From Candidatus Latescibacterota bacterium (GTDB taxonomy: Bacteria > Latescibacterota > UBA2968 > GCA-2709665): a stretch of DNA of 64,000 nt. The stretch covers positions 4,224,001-4,288,000 of the forward strand of contig OZ220733.1 in assembly GCA_965116875.1 (NCBI GenBank), given 5' to 3'. The notes beneath the pieces were generated by a model. That model was not told the DNA's origin, searched no databases, and saw only the letters and a list, made by a program, of their open reading frames with translations. Below, in pieces: positions 38,723 through 48,493 of this stretch (position 1 is its first letter; every line of letters begins with the position of its first letter). The position numbers were made by a program, and so were the translations under genes.

Positions 38723-39985
38723 ATGTCTTCCGCGGTTCGAATTGGCGTTGTGGGTTGTGGGAGAATCCTGAACGCACACTTGCGCGGGTTCCGCGTGCTT
38801 CAGGAAAATGGGTTCGGGGATCTCTTCCGGGTTACGGCGCTTTGTGCAAGGAAACGTGAGGACGCCCTTCGATTTCGAACGCGGGGCGAAGGCCCCGGAC
38901 CCAGACCGGCGCCGGTGGAGGCCCCGGGGGACCCGCTGAACGCGCCGCACGCGTACATCAGCGACCTGCATCCCGGGCAGGACACGGCGGTTTTCACGGA
39001 CTACCGCGAGATGCTGAAACGCGGCCCGGTCGACGCGGTGTGCATCCTGACGGGACACGATACGCACCACGCCATCGCCATCGATGCCATGCGCGCCGGC
39101 AGGCACGCGATTGTCGAAAAGCCGATGGCGATTTCGGTAAAGGCCGCCCGGCGGATGTGTGAAGCGGCTTCCGAGACGAACACGTTGTTGAGCGTTGCGG
39201 AAAACGTGAACTTCACGCCTGCCGTGCGTGCGAGCCGGTGGGCTGTCAGGGAGGGACTGATCGGCGACGTGCAGATGGTCTACCGCGGGGCGATCGGGTT
39301 CCGGTCTCACCGTCCTGATCTGGTGGCCGCACGCACGCCGTGGCGGCAGTCAAAGCTGGGCGCGGGGGGCGGGGTGTCGATCGATCTGGGGGTGCATCTC
39401 TTCAACGGCGTTCGGACGATCTGCGGACCGGTGCATTCGGTGCAGGCGTTGTGGCGGGTCCTGGAGCCGGTCCGGGTGCTGATGTCGGACGACGACAGTG
39501 GGGTCGAGGACGAGGTGGAAAACCAGGTCGACGACGTGTTCTTCACCAATTTCAGGCTGGAGAACGGAGCGATCGGGCACATGGCGGTGGCACGCAGCGC
39601 CAGGGGAACGCAGATCGGGGTGCCGGGAGGGACGAATGTATTCGGCAGCAGAGGCGCGCTGTCAGACGGAAAGATCTTTGCACAGGACGGGAACGGAGAA
39701 GACGTCCTGCGGCGGTTCCGGAGAGAGGCCGCGGAACGGGAGCGGGACGAAGCGATGCCCGCCGGGATTACGGATGCATTCGCGCTGGAGAACCTGGACT
39801 GGCTGCGCGCGATCCGCAACGGTTCGCCCTTGCGGATGTCCGGCGAGGAGGGGACGATCGATCTGGCCCTGAGCTACGCGATCCTGGAGTCGGGGCTGCT
39901 GGGCAGGGAGGTTGCCCTGGACGAGATGCTGCGCGGCGACGCGGATGGATACCAGAGGCCCATCAACGCGCACTACGGGTTGTAG
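38723..39985 (+). CDS. Gfo/Idh/MocA family oxidoreductase
   Basis: IGVVGCG, VEKP, GGGVSIDLGVH. Confidence 0.9.
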   Translation: MSSAVRIGVVGCGRILNAHLRGFRVLQENGFGDLFRVTALCARKREDALRFRTRGEGPGPRPAPVEAPGDPLNAPHAYISDLHPGQDTAVFTDYREMLKRGPVDAVCILTGHDTHHAIAIDAMRAGRHAIVEKPMAISVKAARRMCEAASETNTLLSVAENVNFTPAVRASRWAVREGLIGDVQMVYRGAIGFRSHRPDLVAARTPWRQSKLGAGGGVSIDLGVHLFNGVRTICGPVHSVQALWRVLEPVRVLMSDDDSGVEDEVENQVDDVFFTNFRLENGAIGHMAVARSARGTQIGVPGGTNVFGSRGALSDGKIFAQDGNGEDVLRRFRREAAERERDEAMPAGITDAFALENLDWLRAIRNGSPLRMSGEEGTIDLALSYAILESGLLGREVALDEMLRGDADGYQRPINAHYGL

Positions 39986-40064
39986 GGCCGCTGCCCGCGC
40001 GTGGAATGCGATCTCTGCCACAGCCCACCGGCCCCTGGGCGGGTGGGTTCTGGGTTCGGGGGCG

Positions 40065-40643
40065 TCAGCGTTTTTCGATTTCGAGGTTGCGGAACCAGAT
40101 CCGGCTGTCGTGGTCCTGCAGGCCGATGTACCCGGTTTCGGTCATTTCGCAGTACGCGCGGTTGAATTTGTTGGGGGCGCCGTCGGGGTTCCGTCCCGGT
40201 GCGGTCCAGCGGCTCAGGTCCATTTCGGTGACTCGCTCACCGTTCAGGTCAACCCGGATGCTGTTGTCCACGGCGCAGACGACCATCCCATTCCATTCGC
40301 CCGCGGGTTTGCAGGCGTTGTGCGTGGGGGCCTGGACGTCATAGACGGCGCCGCAGCACTTGGCGGTTGCGGGGCTCCGGCCGTGCGTGTCCAGAATCTG
40401 GATTTCGATGCCGGTCTGCACGGGGTCGTCCAGATCGGTCCATCGGAAGAAAACGCCGCTGTTGGCGCCGGGCGGGTGTTTGAACTCGAGTGACAGTTCA
40501 AAATTTCTGAACCGGTCGTTCGCATAATACAGGTATCCCCCTTTTTCCCCGGTGCAGAAGATACAATCCTGATCCACCGTCCAGCCGTCCGGATTGCCGG
40601 TGGCTGCCCATCCGTTAAGGGTTTCGCCGTCGAACAGGTGCAT
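40065..40643 (-). CDS. DUF1080 (3-keto-disaccharide hydrolase-like) protein
   Basis: LFDGETLNGW, ANSGVFFR, EIQILD, GEWN, GYIGLQDH, WFRNL. Confidence 0.92.
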   Translation of the reverse strand: MHLFDGETLNGWAATGNPDGWTVDQDCIFCTGEKGGYLYYANDRFRNFELSLEFKHPPGANSGVFFRWTDLDDPVQTGIEIQILDTHGRSPATAKCCGAVYDVQAPTHNACKPAGEWNGMVVCAVDNSIRVDLNGERVTEMDLSRWTAPGRNPDGAPNKFNRAYCEMTETGYIGLQDHDSRIWFRNLEIEKR

Positions 40644-40804
40644 TTTTCGTCCCTTCAATGATTGTGTTGTGGAAACCGGCCGCCACGGGGTTGATCCCTT
40701 CTGCCGCGGCCGACTGCCGGAATGCGGAAACCATCGCCGGCAAATATCTGTCAAACGGACTGAAAATCAAAGCGAAACTCACACTCGATCGAGGAGAAAC
40801 AAGA

Positions 40805-42106
40805 ATGGTGGGCCGAATTTCGCGCGGGCTTTGTCTGCTGGTTCTCTTTCCGGCTGCCATTCACGCGGACAACTGGCCGCAGTGGCGCGGTCCGCAGCAG
40901 AACGGGGTGAGTTCGGCCCGAAATCTTCCCGCTTCGTGGAGCCTGGAAGAGAACGTCATCTGGAAAACGGAATTGCCCTCGTGGAGCGGAAGTACGCCGA
41001 TTGTCTGGGGAGATCGCATTTTTCTGATGTCCCCGTCGCCGGCGCGTACGCCCGAGCAGAGTGAACCAGGCGGTCCCGAGATATTCATTCTGTGTCTTTC
41101 CAGAAAGGAAGGCAGTGAACGCTGGCGTCGCAAACTGGACGAAGGCAACGATCTCTGGCGCAAGCACAACAATACGTCGCCTTCGCCTGTCACGGACGGT
41201 GCGCACGTGTGGGCCGTAACCGGGAATGGGGTTGTGGCGTGTCTGAACGTGGACGGCAAACTGATCTGGACGCGCGACTTGCAAAGGGACTACGGAGAAT
41301 TCGGCCTGAACTTCGGTTACGCCTCGTCTCCGATTCTGTTCGACGGCAAGCTCATCCTGCAGGTACTTCACGGATCGTACACGGACGAACCCTCGTATAT
41401 CGTCGCGCTGGACGCCGGAAACGGTAAGGAAGCGTGGCGCGAAGAACGCGCGACCGATGCCATACGGGAGTCTCCGGATTCGTACACGACGCCGGCTCTG
41501 TTGAAACAGGGAGGAAAGACTCAGATCGTGATTACGGGCGGGGATTGCGTGACGGGGCACGATCCGGTTACGGGACGCGAGATCTGGCGAGCCAACGGGG
41601 TGAACCCGGAGCGACGGGGAAATTTCCGGATTGTGGGCTCGCCCCTGGTGGTGGACGGCATGATCTATGCGCCCACCCGGCGGCGTCCCCTACTCGCCCT
41701 GACCGCGGGCGGGACCGGCGACGTCTCCGGAAACGTGAAGTGGAAGTGGGAGGGCGCCGCCGCGCCGGACGTGCCTACGCCGGTCTGCGACGGAAGATAT
41801 TTCTATATGGTTGACGATCGCGGTCTGGCAACCTGTCTCGACGCGAAGACCGGCGCCGTTGTCTGGGGTCCCGAGAGAACGGCACAGGGTACGGTGAGCG
41901 CTTCGCCGCATCTGGCGGACGGCAAGTTGTTCCTGCTGAACGAATATGCCGTGACGACCGTCCTTGCCGCCGGCCCGAAGTTCAAAATCCTCGCGACGAA
42001 TGAACTGGACGATACGTATACACTCTCGTCTCCCGTGTCCGCCGGATCTCAGCTCTTCGTGCGATCGGCAACCCATTTGTATTGCATCGGACACCGGGCC
42101 GAGTAA
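40805..42106 (+). CDS. PQQ-binding-like beta-propeller secreted protein
   Basis: DNWPQWRGP, repeated SP/W blade motifs. Confidence 0.88.
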   Translation: MVGRISRGLCLLVLFPAAIHADNWPQWRGPQQNGVSSARNLPASWSLEENVIWKTELPSWSGSTPIVWGDRIFLMSPSPARTPEQSEPGGPEIFILCLSRKEGSERWRRKLDEGNDLWRKHNNTSPSPVTDGAHVWAVTGNGVVACLNVDGKLIWTRDLQRDYGEFGLNFGYASSPILFDGKLILQVLHGSYTDEPSYIVALDAGNGKEAWREERATDAIRESPDSYTTPALLKQGGKTQIVITGGDCVTGHDPVTGREIWRANGVNPERRGNFRIVGSPLVVDGMIYAPTRRRPLLALTAGGTGDVSGNVKWKWEGAAAPDVPTPVCDGRYFYMVDDRGLATCLDAKTGAVVWGPERTAQGTVSASPHLADGKLFLLNEYAVTTVLAAGPKFKILATNELDDTYTLSSPVSAGSQLFVRSATHLYCIGHRAE

Positions 42107-42138
42107 TCATCGGCCTTCGTTGCGAATTCCGTTAGGCG

Positions 42139-42166
42139 TTGACACGGTAATGCAGAATCATATATT
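42139..42166 (+). promoter_or_regulatory. sigma70-like promoter
   Basis: TTGACA, 16 bp, TATATT. Confidence 0.55.
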
Positions 42167-42190
42167 GGTGCCGTTTCTAAGGGGGATTCT

Positions 42191-43360
42191 ATGGCCACGC
42201 GACTGAACATCGGCCTTCTTGGATATTCGTTCATGGGCAAGGCGCACAGCAACGCGTTCCGCAAGGTACCGATGTTCTTTCCGGATACCGGCGTCGAACC
42301 GGTCATGAAGGTGATCTGCGGTTCGAACAGGGAAAACGTGGCGGAGGCCGCGGGGACGTTCGGATGGGAGGAATACGAAACCAACTGGGAAAACGTGGTC
42401 GCCCGCGACGATATCGACGTCATCGACATCTGTACGCCCGGGAATCTGCATATGCCGATGGCGATCGCAGCCCTCGAGGCCGGCAAACACGTCATCTGCG
42501 AGAAGCCGCTTGCAAACAACCTGGACGAGGCCAGGGCCATGTTGAGGGCCGCGGAGGATGCCGGAGCGAAAACCATGGTCGCGTATAACTACCGGCGCGT
42601 TCCTGCGGTCGCACTGGCCAGACAGTTGATCGAAGAGGGCCGGATCGGGCAGATCTATCACTGGCGAGCGGTGTATCTTCAGGACTGGATCATCGACCCG
42701 GAATTCCCGATGGTGTGGCGTTTCGAGAAGGACAAGGCGGGCTCGGGGCCGCACGGGGATCTGAATGCGCACATTATCGACCTCGCGCTGCATCTCGTGG
42801 GAGACATTCAATCGGTGGTTGCCGCCGATACGACCTTCATCAGGGAACGACCGCTGGCGGAATCGATCGACGCGTCGCTGGGCGCCGCCGGCGGAAAATC
42901 GGATCGGATGGGTACGGTCACGGTGGACGACGCAACGCTGTTCCTGGCGCGATTCGCAAACGGCGCGCTGGGTTCGTTCGAAGCCACCCGGTTTGCGGCC
43001 GGCAGGCGCAACCACAACCGGTTCGAAATCAACGGAAGCAAGGGCAGTATCGCGTTCAATCTGGAAAAAATGAACGAACTGCAGTTTTATTCCCGCGAGG
43101 ACGAGGGACACATTCAGGGTTTCCGCGAGATCATTGTGAACGAAGGGGTGCATCCTTACATGTCGGCGTGGTGGCCGCCCGGCCATATCGTCGGGTGGGA
43201 GCATACGTTCGTGCACGAGGTCAAGGACTTTTTCGAAGCGATCGAAAATGACCGGGAGGCTTCACCGAATTTCAGCGAAGGGGCGCGGGTCCAGGCTGTG
43301 CTGGAAGCTGCCAGCGATTCAGCGAAATCGGACCGGTGGCGGGAGGTCCCGGAAGTGTGA
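42191..43360 (+). CDS. Gfo/Idh/MocA family dehydrogenase (levoglucosan/glucoside 3-dehydrogenase-like)
   Basis: GYSFMGKAHS, CEKP, YLQDW, AGSGPHGDLNAH, WWPPGH. Confidence 0.92.
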   Translation: MATRLNIGLLGYSFMGKAHSNAFRKVPMFFPDTGVEPVMKVICGSNRENVAEAAGTFGWEEYETNWENVVARDDIDVIDICTPGNLHMPMAIAALEAGKHVICEKPLANNLDEARAMLRAAEDAGAKTMVAYNYRRVPAVALARQLIEEGRIGQIYHWRAVYLQDWIIDPEFPMVWRFEKDKAGSGPHGDLNAHIIDLALHLVGDIQSVVAADTTFIRERPLAESIDASLGAAGGKSDRMGTVTVDDATLFLARFANGALGSFEATRFAAGRRNHNRFEINGSKGSIAFNLEKMNELQFYSREDEGHIQGFREIIVNEGVHPYMSAWWPPGHIVGWEHTFVHEVKDFFEAIENDREASPNFSEGARVQAVLEAASDSAKSDRWREVPEV

Positions 43361-43429
43361 TTTCCCGCATCCGTCTGTGGGCATCGCATCACAGGCAGGG
43401 GCCGGGAGCATCTGGAAGGAGCATTGGGT

Positions 43430-44428
43430 ATGGCGAGACCATGTACTTTGTTTACGGGTCAGTGGGCCGACCTCCCCCTCGACGCGATGGCGGAGAAAGC
43501 GGCCGGATTCGGATACGACGGCCTGGAGCTGGCCTGCTGGGGAGACCATCTGGACGTCCGGGAAGCGGCCTCCAGCGACGGCTACTGCCGGAGCCGGCAC
43601 GAGATTCTGGAAAAACACGGGCTGAAGTTCTGGGCGATCAGCAATCATCTCGCGGGGCAGGCGGTTTGCGACAACATCGACGAACGCCACGAGTCGATAC
43701 TGCCCCCACACGTATGGGGCGATGGCGATCCGGAAGGCGTGAAACGCCGGGCGGCCGAAGACATGATGACGTCGGCGGAAGCGGCAAAGGCGCTGGGCGT
43801 CAGCGTGGTGAACGGCTTTACGGGTTCGTCCATCTGGCATCTGCTGTATTCGTTTCCGCCGGTGTCCCCGGATGCGATCGACGCGGGTTTCAGGGACTTC
43901 GCGGATCGATGGAATCCCATTCTCGATGCGTTTGCAAGGCACGACGTCCGATTTGCCCTCGAGGTGCATCCGACGGAAATCGCGTTCGATATCGCCTCCG
44001 CCGCACGGGCGGTAGCGGCGCTTGGCGGGAGGAGCGAGTTCGGCTTCAATTACGATCCGAGCCACCTCGTTTATCAAAACGTGGACTACGTGGCGTTCAT
44101 CCGGGAATTCAGGGACCGCATCTATCACGTGCATATGAAAGACGCGTACCTGTCGCCGCTGCCCACCCGGGCGGGGATTTTCGGCGGCCACACCGAGTTT
44201 GGCGACCCCGATCGCTCCTGGGATTTCCGGTCCCTGGGCCGCGGAAGCGTGGACTTTGAAGAAATCATCCGCGCCCTGAACGACATTGGCTACGGCGGGC
44301 CCCTGTCCGTGGAGTGGGAAGACTCGGGAATGGACCGGGAACACGGAGCAGCGGAAGCATGCGCCTTTGTGAACAGCGTGGATTTCGAACCGTCGGCCGT
44401 AGCTTTCGACGCGGCGTTTGCCGAATAG
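43430..44428 (+). CDS. Sugar phosphate isomerase/epimerase (TIM barrel)
   Basis: [38 protein letters not shown]. Confidence 0.92.
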   Translation: MARPCTLFTGQWADLPLDAMAEKAAGFGYDGLELACWGDHLDVREAASSDGYCRSRHEILEKHGLKFWAISNHLAGQAVCDNIDERHESILPPHVWGDGDPEGVKRRAAEDMMTSAEAAKALGVSVVNGFTGSSIWHLLYSFPPVSPDAIDAGFRDFADRWNPILDAFARHDVRFALEVHPTEIAFDIASAARAVAALGGRSEFGFNYDPSHLVYQNVDYVAFIREFRDRIYHVHMKDAYLSPLPTRAGIFGGHTEFGDPDRSWDFRSLGRGSVDFEEIIRALNDIGYGGPLSVEWEDSGMDREHGAAEACAFVNSVDFEPSAVAFDAAFAE

Positions 44429-44729
44429 TTGACGGATGCAGGCTTCATGCGTCCCGTCCCGGTAGCCGATTCGACTCGTGTCCTATCCCGAAAATTCCTC
44501 ACCATTCGACCGCCGATTCATCCCGTCTCGCTGCGTTCCCGTCGCTCGCCGACCATACACAGGTCTCCTGCGCTCCGGCGCTGGTTCCTGAGCTTGTCGA
44601 AGGATGCGAGCCGGGCGACTCGACGGTCGAATTCAGGCAACTTATTTCCGGGACAGAACACCCGCTTTCGGGACGCGGGACCCGCGGTCAGCAGGACGTG
44701 TCATCAGGCCTGCCGACCGCGTTTTATTA

Positions 44730-44891
44730 GAAGCTGTGTTGGAATTCCCGGTGCGTTCCCGAGCGCGAGCGAAAGCGTGTCGGTCCAGGCGGGCGAATTC
44801 GCCCCTATCTTTCGATAGTGGTGGATTTGACCAACGCAGACCGGCGCGTTTGCAGCCGCGCGAAGACCGCTGGGAATTTTAATACAGCTTC
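44730..44891 (+). repeat. MITE-like element family A, copy 3
   Basis: GAAGCTGTGTTGGAATT...AATTTTAATACAGCTTC, 162 bp, aligns with copy 1. Confidence 0.85.
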
Positions 44892-44906
44892 GGAGGGAGA
44901 TCATCA

Positions 44907-46469
44907 ATGCGGATGCGTATTTTTCTTCTCTTCCTGCTGTCTGCCGTCTTCGCCTGCGAGGCGGAGCGCCCCAGGACTCTGGTGTTCGGCAGGGGCGGCG
45001 ACACCGTGGGGCTGGATCCCGCACTGGAAACCGATGGCGAGTCATTCAAGGTCTGCGACAATATTTACGACAACCTTGTCACGTTCAGGCCGGAAAACAC
45101 CGAATTGGCGCCCGGTCTGGCGGAGTCCTGGGCGGCGTCGGACGACCTGAAAACGTGGACCTTCAAGCTCAGGCGGAACGTCGTGTTCCATGACGGGAGT
45201 CCTTTCAACGCGGACGCGGTGGTGTTCTCGCTTGCCCGGCAGTTCAAACCCGACCATCCGTTTCACCGGGTGGAAGGCGCGTTTCAGTATTGGAACAGCA
45301 TGTCGATGAGCGAGATTGTCAGCGACGTGAAAAAGGTGGACGATCATACGGTTTCCATAGAGCTGACGCGTCCCAACGCGCCGTTTCTGTCGAATCTCGC
45401 GATGAATTTCTGCGGGATCGTGAGCCCGTCCGCCGTACGGAAGCACGGAGCGGACTTTCCCAGGCACCCGGTGGGCACGGGTCCGTTCCGATTTGTGCAG
45501 TGGATCAAGGACGACCGCGTGGTGCTGGAGCGAAATCCCGACTATTGGGGCGATGCGCCTGAGATCGACAGGCTGATCTTCAGAAGCATTCCGGAGAATT
45601 CCGTGCGCCTGATCGCGCTCATCCAGGGTTCGATTGACGGAATGGACCATCTGGTGCCCGATTTCATTCCGAATATCGAAGAACACCCACACCTTCGGCT
45701 CCTGACCCAGCCGGGTATGAACGTTGGGTACATGGCCATGAATATGGATCGGGCGCCGTTCCACCTTCTGAAGGTGCGAAGGGCGGTGAACCACGCCATC
45801 AACAAACAGGCGCTGGTGGACAATCTGTATCAGGGTCTTGCGCTGCCGGCTGTCAACCCGATTCCACCCTCGATGTGGAGCTATCACGAAGGGATCGAAG
45901 GATACGCCTACGATCCGGAAAGGGCCCGGGAGCTGCTGGTCGAGGCCGGCTATGCGGACGGATTCGAGACCACGCTTTGGGCCATGCCGGTGCCGCGCCC
46001 GTATATGCCGCAGCCAAGGAAAATCGCCCAGGCCATCCAGGCCGACCTGCAGGCCGTCGGTATCCGGGCCGAAATCGTGAGCTATGAATGGGGGACCTAT
46101 CTGGACAAGGTTTCCCGGGGGCAGCACGATATGGCGCTCCTGGGCTGGACGGGCGACAACGGCGACCCCGACAATTTCCTGTACGTCCTGCTCGACAAGA
46201 GCGCGGCACAACATCCCGCCAATAACATCGCGTTCTACCGCAGCGACGAACTGCACGAAGTGCTGGTGCAGGCGCAACGGGAAGTGGACGTCGCCGTCAG
46301 GACCGGGCTTTACCGGAAGGCGCAGGAGATCGTGTTCCAGGATGCGCCATGGGCGCCTCTCGTACACGCGGCGCAGACCGCCGCGTTCAAGAAGACGGTA
46401 ACCGGATTCACGCTTCATCCTACCGGCAGCAAGTGGTTCCAGAACGTGCGGATCCTGGAAACGGATTGA
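44907..46469 (+). CDS. dppA: Dipeptide ABC transporter substrate-binding lipoprotein
   Basis: Lipobox FAC; PVGTGPF, WAMPVPRPYMP, GWTGDNGDPDNF. Confidence 0.9.
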   Translation: MRMRIFLLFLLSAVFACEAERPRTLVFGRGGDTVGLDPALETDGESFKVCDNIYDNLVTFRPENTELAPGLAESWAASDDLKTWTFKLRRNVVFHDGSPFNADAVVFSLARQFKPDHPFHRVEGAFQYWNSMSMSEIVSDVKKVDDHTVSIELTRPNAPFLSNLAMNFCGIVSPSAVRKHGADFPRHPVGTGPFRFVQWIKDDRVVLERNPDYWGDAPEIDRLIFRSIPENSVRLIALIQGSIDGMDHLVPDFIPNIEEHPHLRLLTQPGMNVGYMAMNMDRAPFHLLKVRRAVNHAINKQALVDNLYQGLALPAVNPIPPSMWSYHEGIEGYAYDPERARELLVEAGYADGFETTLWAMPVPRPYMPQPRKIAQAIQADLQAVGIRAEIVSYEWGTYLDKVSRGQHDMALLGWTGDNGDPDNFLYVLLDKSAAQHPANNIAFYRSDELHEVLVQAQREVDVAVRTGLYRKAQEIVFQDAPWAPLVHAAQTAAFKKTVTGFTLHPTGSKWFQNVRILETD

Positions 46470-46527
46470 GGGCGCCGAAACGTCCGTATAACGACCCGTA
46501 TCCGGCACCTTTGAGGCAAGTCGCGCG

Positions 46528-47541
46528 ATGGGCGTCTACATCCTGAAACGCTTGTTTCTCCTTGTCCCCATGCTGCTGGGAATCGTCGTCCTGGTTTTCC
46601 TGATGGTACACTTCGTTCCGGGCGATCCCGCGCAGGTGATGCTGGGTGAACGGGCCAGCGCGGAACAGGTGGCTGAATTGCGCAGGCAACTGGGACTGGA
46701 TCAGGAGTTGCACGTCCAGCTCGGCCTGTACCTGTGGGGGCTGGCCCAGGGCGACCTGGGACGTTCCTTCAAGTCCCATGCGAAAGTCTCCTCCGAGTTG
46801 CTGGCCAGGTTTCCCGCGACGCTCGAACTCACGTTGATCAGTATGTTGCTGGCCTGCGGGGTCGGGATCGTTGCGGGCGTGGTTTCGGCATCGCGCAAGG
46901 GTTCCGTCATGGATTACCTCGGCATGACGGTTTCCCTGGCCGGGTTGTCGATGCCGATTTTCTGGCTGGGCCTGATGGTTATTCTGGTGATGTCGGTTTT
47001 TCTCGGGTTGTTTCCCGTGTCGGGACGGCTCAGCACCCATATTTTTATTCCGGAGGTCACCGGACTCTATCTGATCGACAGCCTGCTGGCAAGGGACTGG
47101 AGGGCTTTCGCAGACACCGCCTGGCATCTCGTGCTGCCCGGCATTACGCTGGGCACCGTGCCGATGGCGGTGATCGCGCGGATGACACGATCCAGCCTCC
47201 TGGATGTACTCAAGGAAGATTATGTACGTACGGCATGGGCGAAGGGGCTGTCGGAACGGATCGTCATCTTCCGGCATGCGCTCAAGAACGCGTTTATTCC
47301 CGTGTTGACCGTAATCAGCCTTCAGTTCGGATTCCTGCTCGGGGGCGCCGTCATTACGGAGACGATCTTCGCGTGGCCGGGGGTGGGACGGTGGCTCCTG
47401 CTGGCGGTATATTCGAGGGATTTCAGGGCCGTTCAGGGAGGGGTGCTGCTGGTTGCGCTGATGTTTGCACTGATCAACCTCATTGCAGACGTGATGTACG
47501 CGTGGCTGGACCCGCGCATCAGACACCGGAACCGTGCATGA
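46528..47541 (+). CDS. dppB: Dipeptide ABC transporter permease
   Basis: PGDPA, FPATLEL, DYVRTAWAKGL, LDPRI. Confidence 0.9.
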   Translation: MGVYILKRLFLLVPMLLGIVVLVFLMVHFVPGDPAQVMLGERASAEQVAELRRQLGLDQELHVQLGLYLWGLAQGDLGRSFKSHAKVSSELLARFPATLELTLISMLLACGVGIVAGVVSASRKGSVMDYLGMTVSLAGLSMPIFWLGLMVILVMSVFLGLFPVSGRLSTHIFIPEVTGLYLIDSLLARDWRAFADTAWHLVLPGITLGTVPMAVIARMTRSSLLDVLKEDYVRTAWAKGLSERIVIFRHALKNAFIPVLTVISLQFGFLLGGAVITETIFAWPGVGRWLLLAVYSRDFRAVQGGVLLVALMFALINLIADVMYAWLDPRIRHRNRA

Positions 47542-48440
47542 ACCGATCATTCCATCCGGCCGCGGGAACAGGTGTCGAAGTCGACGGATCACAGGGCCTG
47601 ACGGACGCGGGCTGGGGCGGGTTGTTCTGGAAACGGCTTCTGAAGAACCGGTTGGCTGCCGCGGGCGGCGTCCTGCTGCTGGGATTCCTGTTGCTGGCGA
47701 TCGCCGCGCCCCTGGCCGCGCCGCACGATCCCTATGCCCAGAATCTCTATGAACGTCTCCAGCCGCCGTCACTGGCGTATCCGTTCGGTACGGACGACTT
47801 TGGACGGGACGTTCTGAGCCGTGTCATTTACGGCGCGCGAATTTCGCTGCGTGTCGGGGTTGCCGCCGTGCTGATCGCACTGGTCCTGGGCGTTCCGATC
47901 GGGCTCGTTTCGGGGTACTGGGGCGGCGCGCTGGACCAGGTTCTGATGCGGGCGATGGATCTGATGCTCGCATTTCCCAGCATCCTTCTGGCCATCGCCA
48001 TCGTGGCGATCCTGGGACCGGGGTTGGAGAATGCGATGCTGGCGGTCGGGATCGTCGCGGTGCCGCAGTACGCCCGTCTGGTGCGGGCATCCGCGCTGAC
48101 CGTGCGTGGACAGGACTACGTTCAGGCTGTACGGGCGCTTGGCGCGGGGGATTTCCGTATCCTGTTTTTTTCGATTCTTCCGAACTGTCTGACGCCACTG
48201 ATCGTGCAGTCCACGCTGGGTCTGGCAACCGCTATCCTCGATGCCGCGGGCCTGAGCTTCCTGGGATTGGGCGCGCAGCCGCCCACGCCGGAGTGGGGCG
48301 CCATGTTGACCGGTGGAAGGGAACTGGTGCTGCGTGCGCCGTGGGTATTGACGTTTCCGGGCGTGGCGATTTTCCTGACCGTATTGGCATTCAACCTGGT
48401 TGGAGACGGATTGCGCGACGCCCTGGATCCAAGGACCTGA
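47538..48440 (+). CDS. dppC: Dipeptide ABC transporter permease
   Basis: GTDDFGRD, LSFLGLGAQPPTPEWG, GDGLRDALDP; ATG 47538 overlaps dppB stop. Confidence 0.9.
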   Translation: MNRSFHPAAGTGVEVDGSQGLTDAGWGGLFWKRLLKNRLAAAGGVLLLGFLLLAIAAPLAAPHDPYAQNLYERLQPPSLAYPFGTDDFGRDVLSRVIYGARISLRVGVAAVLIALVLGVPIGLVSGYWGGALDQVLMRAMDLMLAFPSILLAIAIVAILGPGLENAMLAVGIVAVPQYARLVRASALTVRGQDYVQAVRALGAGDFRILFFSILPNCLTPLIVQSTLGLATAILDAAGLSFLGLGAQPPTPEWGAMLTGGRELVLRAPWVLTFPGVAIFLTVLAFNLVGDGLRDALDPRT

Positions 48441-48458
48441 CCTGGCCGGAGAAAGCCT

Positions 48459-48487
48459 TTGACTTCCGCATTCCGGTGGCGTATATT
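48459..48487 (+). promoter_or_regulatory. sigma70-like promoter
   Basis: TTGACT (48459-48464), 17 bp, TATATT (48482-48487). Confidence 0.7.
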
Positions 48488-48493
48488 CCGCTT

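Noticed and set aside
46734-47537. Apparent long N-terminal extension of dppC (similarly frr, rplM, tsf)
   Set aside because: Overlaps upstream genes or promoters; downstream starts match family N-termini
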